From Granulosicoccus sp. (GTDB taxonomy: Bacteria > Pseudomonadota > Gammaproteobacteria > Granulosicoccales > Granulosicoccaceae): 64,000 bases of DNA. Shown in pieces: positions 51,822 to 61,128 of this stretch (its first letter is position 1; each line of letters opens with the position of its first letter). The notes beneath the pieces are model-generated. The model ran no database searches. It was not told the origin of the DNA and saw only the letters and a list, made by a program, of their open reading frames with translations. The translations under genes were made by a program, and so were the position numbers. The stretch spans positions 6,203 to 70,202 of the forward strand of contig JBGCGC010000035.1 of NCBI GenBank assembly GCA_045110475.1. Direction: 5' to 3'.

Positions 51822-52171
51822 TGTATGTCCAGAGATTCCGGACATTGAGAATGATCGCCTGTGGGTATATCACGCTCTAACTGGTGGCCAAGCTGTTCTA
51901 GCGAACGCCTCATGCGCGACAAACAGAAATGACAGTCCGCCTGTAGCTTTTCAACTTGCAATTCCAACTCCGCACCGGCTGTTGATTGAGCAGCGCTGCT
52001 TTGTACCAACTGTTCATAGGTTTCACACAACTGGGAAAACGACAGTTCAAGTGCCTGATTGAATCCAGCAGTAATCGCCAGTGAAGCACGAACATCGTGG
52101 CGCGACATCGCAAGCTCCAGCTGGTCATCCTGAGCCGTGTCTTTTTGAATCGCTGTTTGTGCATTCAGCAT
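51818..52171 (-). CDS. Small helical protein with HisKA/DHp-like H-box and no ATPase domain
   Basis: SRHDVRASLAITAGFNQAL resembles SHDLRxPLxxIxGF; GGAAAGG RBS before ATG 52171. Confidence 0.55.
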   Translation of the reverse strand: MLNAQTAIQKDTAQDDQLELAMSRHDVRASLAITAGFNQALELSFSQLCETYEQLVQSSAAQSTAGAELELQVEKLQADCHFCLSRMRRSLEQLGHQLERDIPTGDHSQCPESLDIQ

Positions 52172-52471
52172 AAAGACCGTCCTTTCCCGGTTGCTTACGA
52201 ACGATGTCAGCGCTGCTGTTCCATTCCACAGCAGAAGCGCCTTACTGACTGTAGCGACGATCAACGGTTGCGCCTTAGCGAGCAGATGCCGACAAGAGGT
52301 TACATGCACGTTTTAATAACGGCCTGTAGAGTAAGGTAGCCTTGGCAGATACGTTAAAACAAGTAACCCCACACAACCTCTAGCAGCTACAATGCGCACG
52401 TTGGTCGCTACCGCTCAACAAATATCGGCAAATCGTACCGCCGTTTTCAATGTGAACATGGGAGATCTGTT

Positions 52472-52987
52472 ATGAAATGGGTTATTGCTTTGGTTGTGGT
52501 CGTTGCACTTGGCTGGTTTGGGATGCAATATATGAAAAATAATGCGGCACTTGATGCGCAGAATCTGGCGACAGAGGCTGCGGAACAGGCCGAGCAAGCT
52601 GCAGAGGCTGCCAAGGCCACGGCTTCGGAGGCGCTTGCAAAAGCACAGGAATCCATGCCCGAAGGCGTTGATCTGGGAAAGATCAATGACAACCTGAGCG
52701 GTGTTTTTTCATCAGCTGGTGAAGCATTTGGCGGAATTACCGATGTTGAATCAGCGACCGCTGCCATACCTTCGCTGGAAGACGCGAGCAGCAAGCTCAG
52801 CGGAATAAGCGACGTCATTGGACGCCTGCCAGATGCTGCCAAAGGGCCTATTGCGGGTATCATCAGTGGCGGACTTGCCACACTTCAGCCCATTATTGAA
52901 CAGGCAACAGCAATTCCTGGTGTTGGCCCGGTTATCGAGCCTATTGTGACTCCCATGATGGAGATGCTTGAGGGACTGGCGGGCTAA
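52472..52987 (+). CDS. Hypothetical membrane-anchored helical protein
   Basis: GGGAG RBS, N-terminal TM helix, Ala/Glu-rich coiled coil. Confidence 0.75.
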   Translation: MKWVIALVVVVALGWFGMQYMKNNAALDAQNLATEAAEQAEQAAEAAKATASEALAKAQESMPEGVDLGKINDNLSGVFSSAGEAFGGITDVESATAAIPSLEDASSKLSGISDVIGRLPDAAKGPIAGIISGGLATLQPIIEQATAIPGVGPVIEPIVTPMMEMLEGLAG

Positions 52988-53010
52988 CCAGCAGCAAAAG
53001 AACCAGCCAG

Positions 53011-53053
53011 GCTACCCGATGCGTCAGTAGTTACATGCATCTCATCGGGTAGC
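53011..53053. repeat. 11-bp inverted repeat between convergent genes (possible terminator)
   Basis: GCTACCCGATG-N21-CATCGGGTAGC. Confidence 0.6.
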
Positions 53054-53067
53054 TGTGTATGCGATGT

Positions 53068-54069
53068 CTAGTCTGGACTATTCGTATGCTCACTATGGGT
53101 ATGCTCACTATGGGTATGCTCACTATCGGTATGCTCACTATGGTTATACTCACCATTTGTAGGCTCACTGATAGAGGCCAGCGCGGCACGCAATGAGCCG
53201 TGGTACTTTTCAAGACGCCGCTGTCCGGTATCCGCACTGTCGCCACGCGCAACGAGTACCGCGAGTTTCACCCACCCAGAAGCACGGGACAGACAATTAC
53301 CGGCCTGCTGATCACCGACATCCGGCAGAACTGCCTGCAGCATTCGTATCCGACGTTTGTCCAGCTTAGCGTTCACTGCACCCATGTCCACCATAAGATT
53401 TCCATAAGTACGATTCATACGAATCATCAGCGTTGTACTGAACACGTTAAGTGCAATTTTTTGCGCTGTACCTGCGGCCATACGCGTAGAACCTGCCAAC
53501 ACTTCGGGACCGGTATCCAGAAACACAGGAAATTGCGCCGATGTCAGCAATGGCGTTTTCGCATTGTTGGCAATACCAATACCAAGCGCACCACACTGCC
53601 TTGACGCCTCCAACCAATGACACGTCCAGGGAGATTTTCCGCTGGCAGCCACACACACAACGACATCACGCCTATTGATTGAATAACTAGTTACCTGTTC
53701 AGCCGCTGCCACCGCGTCATCTTCAACGCCCTCTATGCTGTTAACGAGAGCTTCATCTCCACCAGCCATGACACACAACAAGCGCTCATTCGGCCAGCTG
53801 AACGTTGGCCACAACTCTGCACCGTCCTGAACAGCAATCCGCCCCGATGCGCCTGCACCGACCAGCACCAGACGCCCACCTGCCTCACTGAGACGACTCG
53901 CTGCTGCAACTACAGCACCATCCAGCTGCGTTTGTGCTTGCCGCACAGCATTAACCGCCCGCTGCTGGCTGTCCAGCAACGTTGAAATAATATCGTCATT
54001 GTTTCTCAGATCCAGATCCAACAGTGACCGATCGATAGTCTCTGTGGGTTCAAGCGTTGATGCTGCCAT
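53068..54069 (-). CDS. murQ: N-acetylmuramic acid 6-phosphate etherase (SIS domain)
   Basis: GAGASGRIAVQDGAELWPTF, IEGVED, GPEVLAGSTRMAAGTAQK, GNLMVD...NAKL. Confidence 0.85.
   Translation of the reverse strand: MAASTLEPTETIDRSLLDLDLRNNDDIISTLLDSQQRAVNAVRQAQTQLDGAVVAAASRLSEAGGRLVLVGAGASGRIAVQDGAELWPTFSWPNERLLCVMAGGDEALVNSIEGVEDDAVAAAEQVTSYSINRRDVVVCVAASGKSPWTCHWLEASRQCGALGIGIANNAKTPLLTSAQFPVFLDTGPEVLAGSTRMAAGTAQKIALNVFSTTLMIRMNRTYGNLMVDMGAVNAKLDKRRIRMLQAVLPDVGDQQAGNCLSRASGWVKLAVLVARGDSADTGQRRLEKYHGSLRAALASISEPTNGEYNHSEHTDSEHTHSEHTHSEHTNSPD
53084..53158. repeat. 15-bp in-frame tandem repeat in the murQ 3' end
   Basis: GTATGCTCACTATGG x4 (one with 1 mismatch) plus a degenerate fifth copy; encodes HSEHT/DSEHT units. 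Confidence 0.9.
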
Positions 54070-55172
54070 CAGGCACTACCTCCAACTTCACGTCGTTGAC
54101 CATTCAACCAAAGAGCAGCCACCGCGTCACCACGCAATTCCAGCCAATTGGCAATAGCCCCTTCAGCGATACAGCCAAGAAACTCATTACCGAGCCATTG
54201 AGCGGGATAGGTACTGCACAAACGACCTATCTGCGGCCAAGGCAAACCCCAGTCAGTCATCACCCCCAAAGAGCCTAGTTGTGTAAGACACGACCCGGCA
54301 AGCGTGCCGTCCGGAAGTAACACTGAGTCACCTCTTTTTTCTATGTTTAACGAACCTAACTTGTATTGTCCATCAGGCATACCGGCTGCCGCCGTTGCAT
54401 CAGTCACGCTGTATAGACAAGGCACGGCACGGTGCGCCAAGTCAAAGGCCGCCTTGTCCACGTGAATTCCATCAGTAATGATTTCCGCATAGTCGCTGTA
54501 GGCAAGCGCTGCCGTAGCCACACCACCGTGTCGATGCGAGACTCCGCTCATGGCGTTGTAGAGGTGGGTGACTCCAACCCCTGAATTGATGGCCTTTAAT
54601 GCTTGTGACCAACTACACAAGGTATGCCCCATCTGTGCCTTGACACCGTGTTTATCACACAACTGGATGACCGCATTCTCAGGATCCTGCTCAGGCGCAT
54701 ACGTAATGATTCTGACCACCCCGGTGGATAACCACGCCTCAAGCTGCTCAACATCGACAGGAACAGCATGCGCAGGCTGAGCGCCGAGTTTGTTCGGGTT
54801 GATAAACGGACCTTCCAGATGAGCACCCAACAACAGTGCACCTTTATCGGGTGGATTACGCATGACGTCAGCGACATCAACCAGAAACCTGTCGATGTCC
54901 GGTACCGGCGCTGTGACTGACGTAGCCAACATGGCGCCAGTACCTTGCCTGGCATGTGTTCTCAGTACTTGCTCTATTGCTTCGCGTCCTTGCATGACAT
55001 CGGCACCACCTCCTCCATGTACATGCAAATCGACAGGCGCTGGCAAGAAGCGCACTAGTGCAGCATCATGCGCGACAGGTTCCAGCGCATGAATGGTGTT
55101 GTCATGGGTGCATTGCATGGAAACCCAGTCATCGCCTATCAGCCATAACCCCGTTGTCTGCTGCATACTCAT
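54069..55172 (-). CDS. nagA: N-acetylglucosamine-6-phosphate deacetylase
   Basis: DLHVHGGGG, HLEGPFI, GHT, THLYNAMS, DGIHV, VTDA, LAGS; ATGA overlap with the kinase. Confidence 0.93.
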   Translation of the reverse strand: MSMQQTTGLWLIGDDWVSMQCTHDNTIHALEPVAHDAALVRFLPAPVDLHVHGGGGADVMQGREAIEQVLRTHARQGTGAMLATSVTAPVPDIDRFLVDVADVMRNPPDKGALLLGAHLEGPFINPNKLGAQPAHAVPVDVEQLEAWLSTGVVRIITYAPEQDPENAVIQLCDKHGVKAQMGHTLCSWSQALKAINSGVGVTHLYNAMSGVSHRHGGVATAALAYSDYAEIITDGIHVDKAAFDLAHRAVPCLYSVTDATAAAGMPDGQYKLGSLNIEKRGDSVLLPDGTLAGSCLTQLGSLGVMTDWGLPWPQIGRLCSTYPAQWLGNEFLGCIAEGAIANWLELRGDAVAALWLNGQRREVGGSA

Positions 55173-56023
55173 GATGTTACCGCCAGATGCCATAGTCCAC
55201 GCAAGGCATCACCACGACTGCGCCGGAGACGCTCGCCCAGCTTGCTGGAAATAACGGGCGACAACTGCTCACCAACACCGCCGACAACAAATACCGGCAG
55301 ATCGTCAGGTGCAAGTCGAACCAACTGCAGGCATTGCTCAACAGCCTGATCAAGCAGTGTCAACGCCACCGTATCGTGGAGGGAGGCGGCTTCGAATACC
55401 AAAGGCGCAAGCTGGGCAAAAACACCAGACCGGGTTTGCGTCGTCCATCCTTGCACCGCCGAGACAGAGCTGCCTACACGTTCTTCTACCATGCTCATCA
55501 ACGGCGAGAAATTCGTGTTGCCATCAAGATGCGCAATATAAATCTGCAACAGACGCATTCCTAGCCAGGCACCTGAGCCCTGATCACCCACTGGAAATCC
55601 CCAACCACCAGCCATACCTGTATTGCCTTGCTGGTCAAGCCAGTGCACGACACTGCCAGTACCAACCGACAGACAAATGCCAGGCTGGCCTTCACTGGCG
55701 CCCATAAGCTGTGCGTAGCCATCGGTATAGAGCTGAGCTGCAATACCGTTGGGCACCAAGGTTAGAAATTCCTGCCGTTTTTCCTGCTGTAAGGAGCCGG
55801 CCAGGCCCATACAAAGCCTACAGGGATACCCTGTTGCGACCTCGCCGAGCTCGCGGCGCAGGGCTTGCAGACCCTGCTCGATATGCTGCCAGGCTGCGCC
55901 AACCCCCAGCGTGAGACTGGCATGTCGATCCACAACCACACGCCCCAACATATCTCCCTGCGGAGAAAATGCCGCCAGCCGGCACAGACTGCCACCACCA
56001 TCAACTGCCACGATAAGCGTCAT
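55169..56023 (-). CDS. BadF/BadG-type sugar kinase (probable GlcNAc/MurNAc kinase)
   Basis: VDGGGSLCR, GLAG, VGTGSV, GGWGFPVGDQGSGAWLG. Confidence 0.85.
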   Translation of the reverse strand: MTLIVAVDGGGSLCRLAAFSPQGDMLGRVVVDRHASLTLGVGAAWQHIEQGLQALRRELGEVATGYPCRLCMGLAGSLQQEKRQEFLTLVPNGIAAQLYTDGYAQLMGASEGQPGICLSVGTGSVVHWLDQQGNTGMAGGWGFPVGDQGSGAWLGMRLLQIYIAHLDGNTNFSPLMSMVEERVGSSVSAVQGWTTQTRSGVFAQLAPLVFEAASLHDTVALTLLDQAVEQCLQLVRLAPDDLPVFVVGGVGEQLSPVISSKLGERLRRSRGDALRGLWHLAVTS

Positions 56024-56144
56024 AAATTCGGGAATTCAGGCAATCAAGCGGTTTTTTGTTTTACGTACGAGCGCAATAGCGATAACATCGAGCGACACCA
56101 ATAATCACAATGCGACAACGTACCATTATTAAGGAGAGGGAAGT

Positions 56145-57392
56145 ATGCGTGTATTTACTTTGAAAACGATCACCTTGGCTGTAGGGCTGTGTCTGTCGGG
56201 TGTAGCACTGGCCGAGAAGACAGTAATCACTATCGAAAGCTGGCGTGCCGAAGATCAGGCTATCTGGGACGAGAAGATCATTCCGGTCTTTGAGGCGGCC
56301 TACCCCGATATTGATGTGCAGTTCAAACCCACCACGGCTACCGAATACAATGCCGCCCTGAATGCCCGTCTGGCAGGTGGCACTGCCGGCGACATCATCA
56401 CTTGCCGACCCTTCGACAATGCACTGGCCATGTACGATGCTGGCAGCCTGGCTGACATCAAGGATCTATCAGGGCTCGAGAACTTCTCGGACGTCGCCAA
56501 AGGGGCCTGGTCAACCGATGCTGGCGATGCCACGTTCTGCGTACCCATGGCATCGGTCATCCACGGATTCATGTACAACAAAGATGCTTTTTCCGAACTT
56601 GGGCTCACGGTACCTACAACTGAAGCCGAGTTTTACGCCACTCTGGATGCGATCAACGAAGAAGGTAGCTACATACCTATGGCTATGGGCACCAAGGACC
56701 AGTGGGAAGCGGCCACCATGGGTTATACGAACATCGGACCTGCCTACTGGGGTGGGGAGAAGGGTCGGCTGGGGCTGATTAGTGGAGACGCCAAGTTCAC
56801 CGACGAGCCCTATGTCGAAGTATTTCGTCAAATGCAAAAATGGACACCTTATCTGGGCAACGGTTACCAGGCTCAAGGCTACACTGATAGCCAGAATCTG
56901 TTTACTCTTGGCCGGGCTGCCATCTACCCGACCGGCTCCTGGGAAATTACAGGATTCATGGAGAACGCCGATTTCGAACTCGGCGCATTTGCACCACCCA
57001 AAGGGGCTGACGGCACCTGCTACATCAGCGACCATACCGATATGGGTATTGGTATGAATGCCGCCACCGAAAACAAGGAAGCGGCAACAACGTTTCTGGA
57101 GTGGACAACTTCCGCTGAATTTGCTGGCTTGCTAACCAACGCGGCACCAGGGTTTTTCTCACTCGCCAATCACGAAGTAAAAGTAGAAAACGCGCTGGCG
57201 GGCGAGTTCATGGCCATGCGTGGGACTTGTGAGCCGACTATCCGAGTTGCACACCAGATACTGTCGCGTGGCGAGCCCGCATTGGGTAATCAGCTATGGA
57301 CTCTATCGGCCAACGTTATCAATGGCACCCAGTCACCAGAGGATGCAGCAGCAGAAGCACAGGCTAATCTGGATGGCTGGTACAAACCCTGA
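56145..57392 (+). CDS. Carbohydrate ABC transporter substrate-binding protein (probably amino sugar)
   Basis: Signal peptide, GTAGDIITCRPFD, PMASVIHGFMYNKD; divergent from the kinase-nagA-murQ genes. Confidence 0.9.
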   Translation: MRVFTLKTITLAVGLCLSGVALAEKTVITIESWRAEDQAIWDEKIIPVFEAAYPDIDVQFKPTTATEYNAALNARLAGGTAGDIITCRPFDNALAMYDAGSLADIKDLSGLENFSDVAKGAWSTDAGDATFCVPMASVIHGFMYNKDAFSELGLTVPTTEAEFYATLDAINEEGSYIPMAMGTKDQWEAATMGYTNIGPAYWGGEKGRLGLISGDAKFTDEPYVEVFRQMQKWTPYLGNGYQAQGYTDSQNLFTLGRAAIYPTGSWEITGFMENADFELGAFAPPKGADGTCYISDHTDMGIGMNAATENKEAATTFLEWTTSAEFAGLLTNAAPGFFSLANHEVKVENALAGEFMAMRGTCEPTIRVAHQILSRGEPALGNQLWTLSANVINGTQSPEDAAAEAQANLDGWYKP

Positions 57393-57404
57393 TTAAGGCC
57401 TGAT

Positions 57405-57434
57405 CAACGGGCACAGGTTTTGCCGTGCCCGTTG
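57405..57434. repeat. Hairpin between the SBP and permease genes (likely mRNA stabiliser)
   Basis: CAACGGGCAC-N10-GTGCCCGTTG; no U-tract. Confidence 0.7.
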
Positions 57435-57435
57435 C

Positions 57436-58398
57436 TTGACCGCCAGTCGCGTTTACATGGAAAAGACAACAACGCCTGCGCGTCAGCGTACTCCTCGTCG
57501 CTGGTACATTATTGTTTTTCTGGCGCCAGCAACACTCATCTATACCGTGTTTGCTATCTATCCCATCGTGGAGTCACTTCGCCTGTCCATGTACGTCAGT
57601 GAGGCGAACACCACCACCTTTGCTGGATTGTCAAACTACGCAAGACTCATCGGCGAGCCTTATTGGGCTGATCAGTTCTGGAATGCATTAAAGAACAATG
57701 TGCTGTTGTTTATCATGCATATGCTCATTCAGAATCCCATTGCGCTTGCACTTGCCGCACTACTGAGTATTCCTTCGCTGAAGGGGGCTGCAACCTATCG
57801 CACACTGTTTTTCTTACCGACCTTACTGTCAGTGGTGGTCGTGGGTTTCATATGGCAACTAATCCTGTCACCACTCTGGGGTATAACGCCAGATTTCATG
57901 GTACTTCTCGGCCTTGGCGATTATTTCAAACCCTGGCTAGGCCTTGAAAGCAGCGCACTGGTCACCGTCACACTGATCTCCATCTGGCAATATGTAGGGA
58001 TTCCGCTCATGCTCTTCTATGCGGCCTTGCTCAATGTGCCTGAGGAGACCATTGAAGCTTCAAGAATCGATGGACTCAATGGCTGGTGGGTATTCTGGAA
58101 AGTAAAACTGCCGTTGATACTCCCAACGCTTGGCCTGGTTGGCATACTCACCTACATTGGAAACTTTACCGCAAGTTTCGATCTCATTTACTCGATTCAG
58201 GGAGGTCTAGCAGGACCTGATTATTCCACGGACGTCATGGGCACATTCCTGTTTCGCAGCTTCTTCGGATTTCAGGCGCAGCTAGGAGACGAGAATATGG
58301 GCGCGACGGTCGCCTCTGCGTTACTGTTCATCATACTGATTGGCGTCAGCATTTATCTGTTCGGTATACAACGCAAACTACAGCGGTACGATCACTGA
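57436..58398 (+). CDS. Carbohydrate ABC transporter permease 1
   Basis: TM helices and EAA motif EASRIDG. The start may be ATG 57457. Confidence 0.92.
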   Translation: MTASRVYMEKTTTPARQRTPRRWYIIVFLAPATLIYTVFAIYPIVESLRLSMYVSEANTTTFAGLSNYARLIGEPYWADQFWNALKNNVLLFIMHMLIQNPIALALAALLSIPSLKGAATYRTLFFLPTLLSVVVVGFIWQLILSPLWGITPDFMVLLGLGDYFKPWLGLESSALVTVTLISIWQYVGIPLMLFYAALLNVPEETIEASRIDGLNGWWVFWKVKLPLILPTLGLVGILTYIGNFTASFDLIYSIQGGLAGPDYSTDVMGTFLFRSFFGFQAQLGDENMGATVASALLFIILIGVSIYLFGIQRKLQRYDH

Positions 58399-59234
58399 TG
58401 CGATTGCAAAAAGCGCTTACCAGCACAGCGATTCATAGTGTTCTGCTTGGCTGGACTTTACTCGCGCTATTTCCACTGGCATTAATCATCATCAATAGCC
58501 TGAAAAGCCGCAAGGCAATCTTTGGTGACCCAACAGGATTACCCGTGGGCGATGCGCTTTCATTCAAGGGTTATGAGAGTGTTATCACCAACAGCCAATT
58601 TTCACTTTTTTTCAGTAACAGCCTCATCGTAACCTGTGTGTCGCTGTTTCTCATTCTGTTATTAGGCGCAATGGCTGCGCACGCGCTTTCTGAGTATAAA
58701 TTCAAGGGTAATACCCTGATAGGCCTTTATCTGATATTGGGCATCATGGTACCGATTCGTCTGGGCACCGTTGCGTTACTCAACCTCGTGGTCAGCCTTG
58801 GCTTAACCAACACGTTAACGGCGTTAGTGCTTGTCTACACGGCACAAGGCTTACCGATAGCCATATTTATATTCACCGAATTTCTGCGCACTGTTTCTCG
58901 TGAGATCAAGGACAGTGCCCGTATCGATGGACTATCGGAATATCGGATATTCTTCGAGGTTGTGATCCCACTGGTCAGACCCGTTATCGCAACGGTCGCG
59001 GTATTCTCCATGATTCCTATCTGGAATGACTTGTGGTTTCCACTCATCCTGTCACCAGGAGAGGAGACACGTACAGTTACCCTGGGCGTTCAACAGTTCA
59101 TTGGCCAGTACACGGTTAAGTGGGGCTCGGTGCTAGCGGCTCTGTCAGTTGCCATTCTTCCGGTGTTAATTATGTACATCATTTTTTCGCGCCAGTTGAT
59201 TCGTGGAATAACCGCAGGCGCAGTCAAGGGATAG
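58398..59234 (+). CDS. Carbohydrate ABC transporter permease 2
   Basis: DSARIDG, WNDLWFPL, GITAGAVKG. Confidence 0.92.
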   Translation: MRLQKALTSTAIHSVLLGWTLLALFPLALIIINSLKSRKAIFGDPTGLPVGDALSFKGYESVITNSQFSLFFSNSLIVTCVSLFLILLLGAMAAHALSEYKFKGNTLIGLYLILGIMVPIRLGTVALLNLVVSLGLTNTLTALVLVYTAQGLPIAIFIFTEFLRTVSREIKDSARIDGLSEYRIFFEVVIPLVRPVIATVAVFSMIPIWNDLWFPLILSPGEETRTVTLGVQQFIGQYTVKWGSVLAALSVAILPVLIMYIIFSRQLIRGITAGAVKG

Positions 59235-59275
59235 AATCACACAATGGGACGCAAACGCAGATTATATAGAGACCT

Positions 59276-60319
59276 ATGGCAACACTAGAGCTTGTCAATG
59301 TTTGCAAGTCCTTCGGCAACACTGAAGTCATCAAGGACATGAACCTGCAGGTCAAGAATGGCGAACTGGTTGTGTTTGTTGGGCCCAGTGGTTGTGGCAA
59401 GTCGACCATGCTACGCATGATTGCAGGCCTTGAGTCGCTAAGCGGTGGCAGCATAGCCATTGGCGGTAAACGCATCGATCACTACCCACCAGCCAATCGC
59501 GGTATTGCCATGGTGTTTCAATCATATGCCCTGTACCCGCACAAGGATGTTCGTGGCAATCTTGGGTTTGCACTACGGCACGCCAAAGTGCCTAAAGCTG
59601 AGATAGACGATCGCGTCAACAGGGCTGCAGAAATACTCGAACTTGATGATCTGATGGATCGCAAGCCACGCGAGTTATCCGGTGGGCAGCGACAACGCGT
59701 GGCGATCGGGCGTGCCATTGTGAGAGAACCTGAAGTGTTTTTGTTTGATGAGCCTCTCTCCAATCTGGATGCTGCCTTGAGAGTGCATATGCGCGTAGAA
59801 ATTCTGAAACTTCATCAGCGACTGAAAAACACGCTTGTGTATGTCACGCATGATCAGGTCGAGGCCATGACACTCGCTGATCGTATCGTTGTCTTTCGTG
59901 CAGGCGAGGTTGAACAGATAGGTACACCGCTTGAGTTGTACCGCACACCTGCCAACCGGTTTGTAGCAGGCTTTATCGGCTCACCCGCCATGAATTTTCT
60001 GGATGCTCTATCAAGCGATCAGTCAATCAGTGTTGGAGGAAAACAGGTTTGCCAACGTCAGGCACCTGAAGGCAAAGTCACGCTTGGCGTCAGACCTGAG
60101 CATCTGAGGGTCGATGCTGATGGCGCATTTTCAGGTACAGTTCAGGTATTTGAACATCTAGGGGGAGAATCCTTCGTGCATCTTTTAACAAATGATGGAC
60201 AAACCCTGATTGCAAAGCTTGATGGTGAGTATCAGTTCTCTATCGGCGAATCTTGCCGGCTGGGAATTGAAGCCAGCAAATGCCATGTGTTCGATCAACA
60301 CGAACAGCGCATTGCCTGA
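59276..60319 (+). CDS. Carbohydrate ABC transporter ATP-binding protein (MalK/UgpC type)
   Basis: [37 protein letters not shown]-like C-terminus. Confidence 0.95.
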   Translation: MATLELVNVCKSFGNTEVIKDMNLQVKNGELVVFVGPSGCGKSTMLRMIAGLESLSGGSIAIGGKRIDHYPPANRGIAMVFQSYALYPHKDVRGNLGFALRHAKVPKAEIDDRVNRAAEILELDDLMDRKPRELSGGQRQRVAIGRAIVREPEVFLFDEPLSNLDAALRVHMRVEILKLHQRLKNTLVYVTHDQVEAMTLADRIVVFRAGEVEQIGTPLELYRTPANRFVAGFIGSPAMNFLDALSSDQSISVGGKQVCQRQAPEGKVTLGVRPEHLRVDADGAFSGTVQVFEHLGGESFVHLLTNDGQTLIAKLDGEYQFSIGESCRLGIEASKCHVFDQHEQRIA

Positions 60320-60497
60320 TCATACGCTTTCTGCGGTGCAACCTTCGGCCGTGCAGGCTACTGGCAGTTCACAAAAAGTTACAGCTTAAAGACGGTTGTA
60401 CTGGTTCAGCTGCGGTTAACCTTGATATTGCTATCGTGCCGGATATGTCTGGTATAAACGTCCAGCGCAAGTCTCAGATCAACTTAAGAGTGACCCC

Positions 60498-61016
60498 ATG
60501 AACAAGACGGCCATGTTGTATTCATTACTGTTATCCACACTCGTGCTCTGTGCCTGCTCGGACGGATCAGTGTCAGGTGGCGGCGCGGGTGACACCGATG
60601 ACGAGGAAATCCAGTCTGCAATCGAGCTAATTCAGCCGCTTATCGGCTTATATGAACTTCCGGAGAACTGGCGCGGTGTGCCAACTAGCGAGGCTTATCT
60701 GGAAATAACAGCGCCTGATGCCCGCGGAATTTCCGAGAGCCTGTTATTTATTGTGAACGACATGAGAAACTGTATCGAACCCAGTCGGACGGCAGGCGAT
60801 GTTACAAAAGATCCAGTGAGCGATCGACTGTTTTTCGATTCATTCAACATTGGAACTTCGATCCTGTCACTCGATGGTACCGATCTGGTCATTGATCTTG
60901 CAGCTGATGTCAACGATATTGACGACGACGGAGATGAAGCAGAACCAGGCACATTAAGAGCGGCACGACTTGTCAATATTGCCAACGCATCCGATCTTGG
61001 TGAGACCTGCCAATAA
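60498..61016 (+). CDS. Hypothetical acidic lipoprotein
   Basis: Lipobox LCAC after a hydrophobic stretch; DIDDDGD motif. Confidence 0.7.
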   Translation: MNKTAMLYSLLLSTLVLCACSDGSVSGGGAGDTDDEEIQSAIELIQPLIGLYELPENWRGVPTSEAYLEITAPDARGISESLLFIVNDMRNCIEPSRTAGDVTKDPVSDRLFFDSFNIGTSILSLDGTDLVIDLAADVNDIDDDGDEAEPGTLRAARLVNIANASDLGETCQ

Positions 61017-61128
61017 GCAATAGCGATAAACACCAAAGTAGACTCATGCTTTTATGCTTCGCTTATTGCAGAGGATCAGTAGCAGGCGAGTCGTTTTCGG
61101 GTTTTTCATATCACTAGGGTTAAACACA

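Noticed and set aside
56024-56144. NagQ-like direct repeats (ACACCAAT / GTACCATT) in the divergent promoter
   Set aside because: The matches are too short and degenerate to support, and no regulator gene is nearby.
13158-57434. A shared REP family among the intergenic hairpins (13158, 19267, 20333, 42374, 53011, 57405)
   Set aside because: The hairpins share no primary sequence or common tetranucleotide foot.
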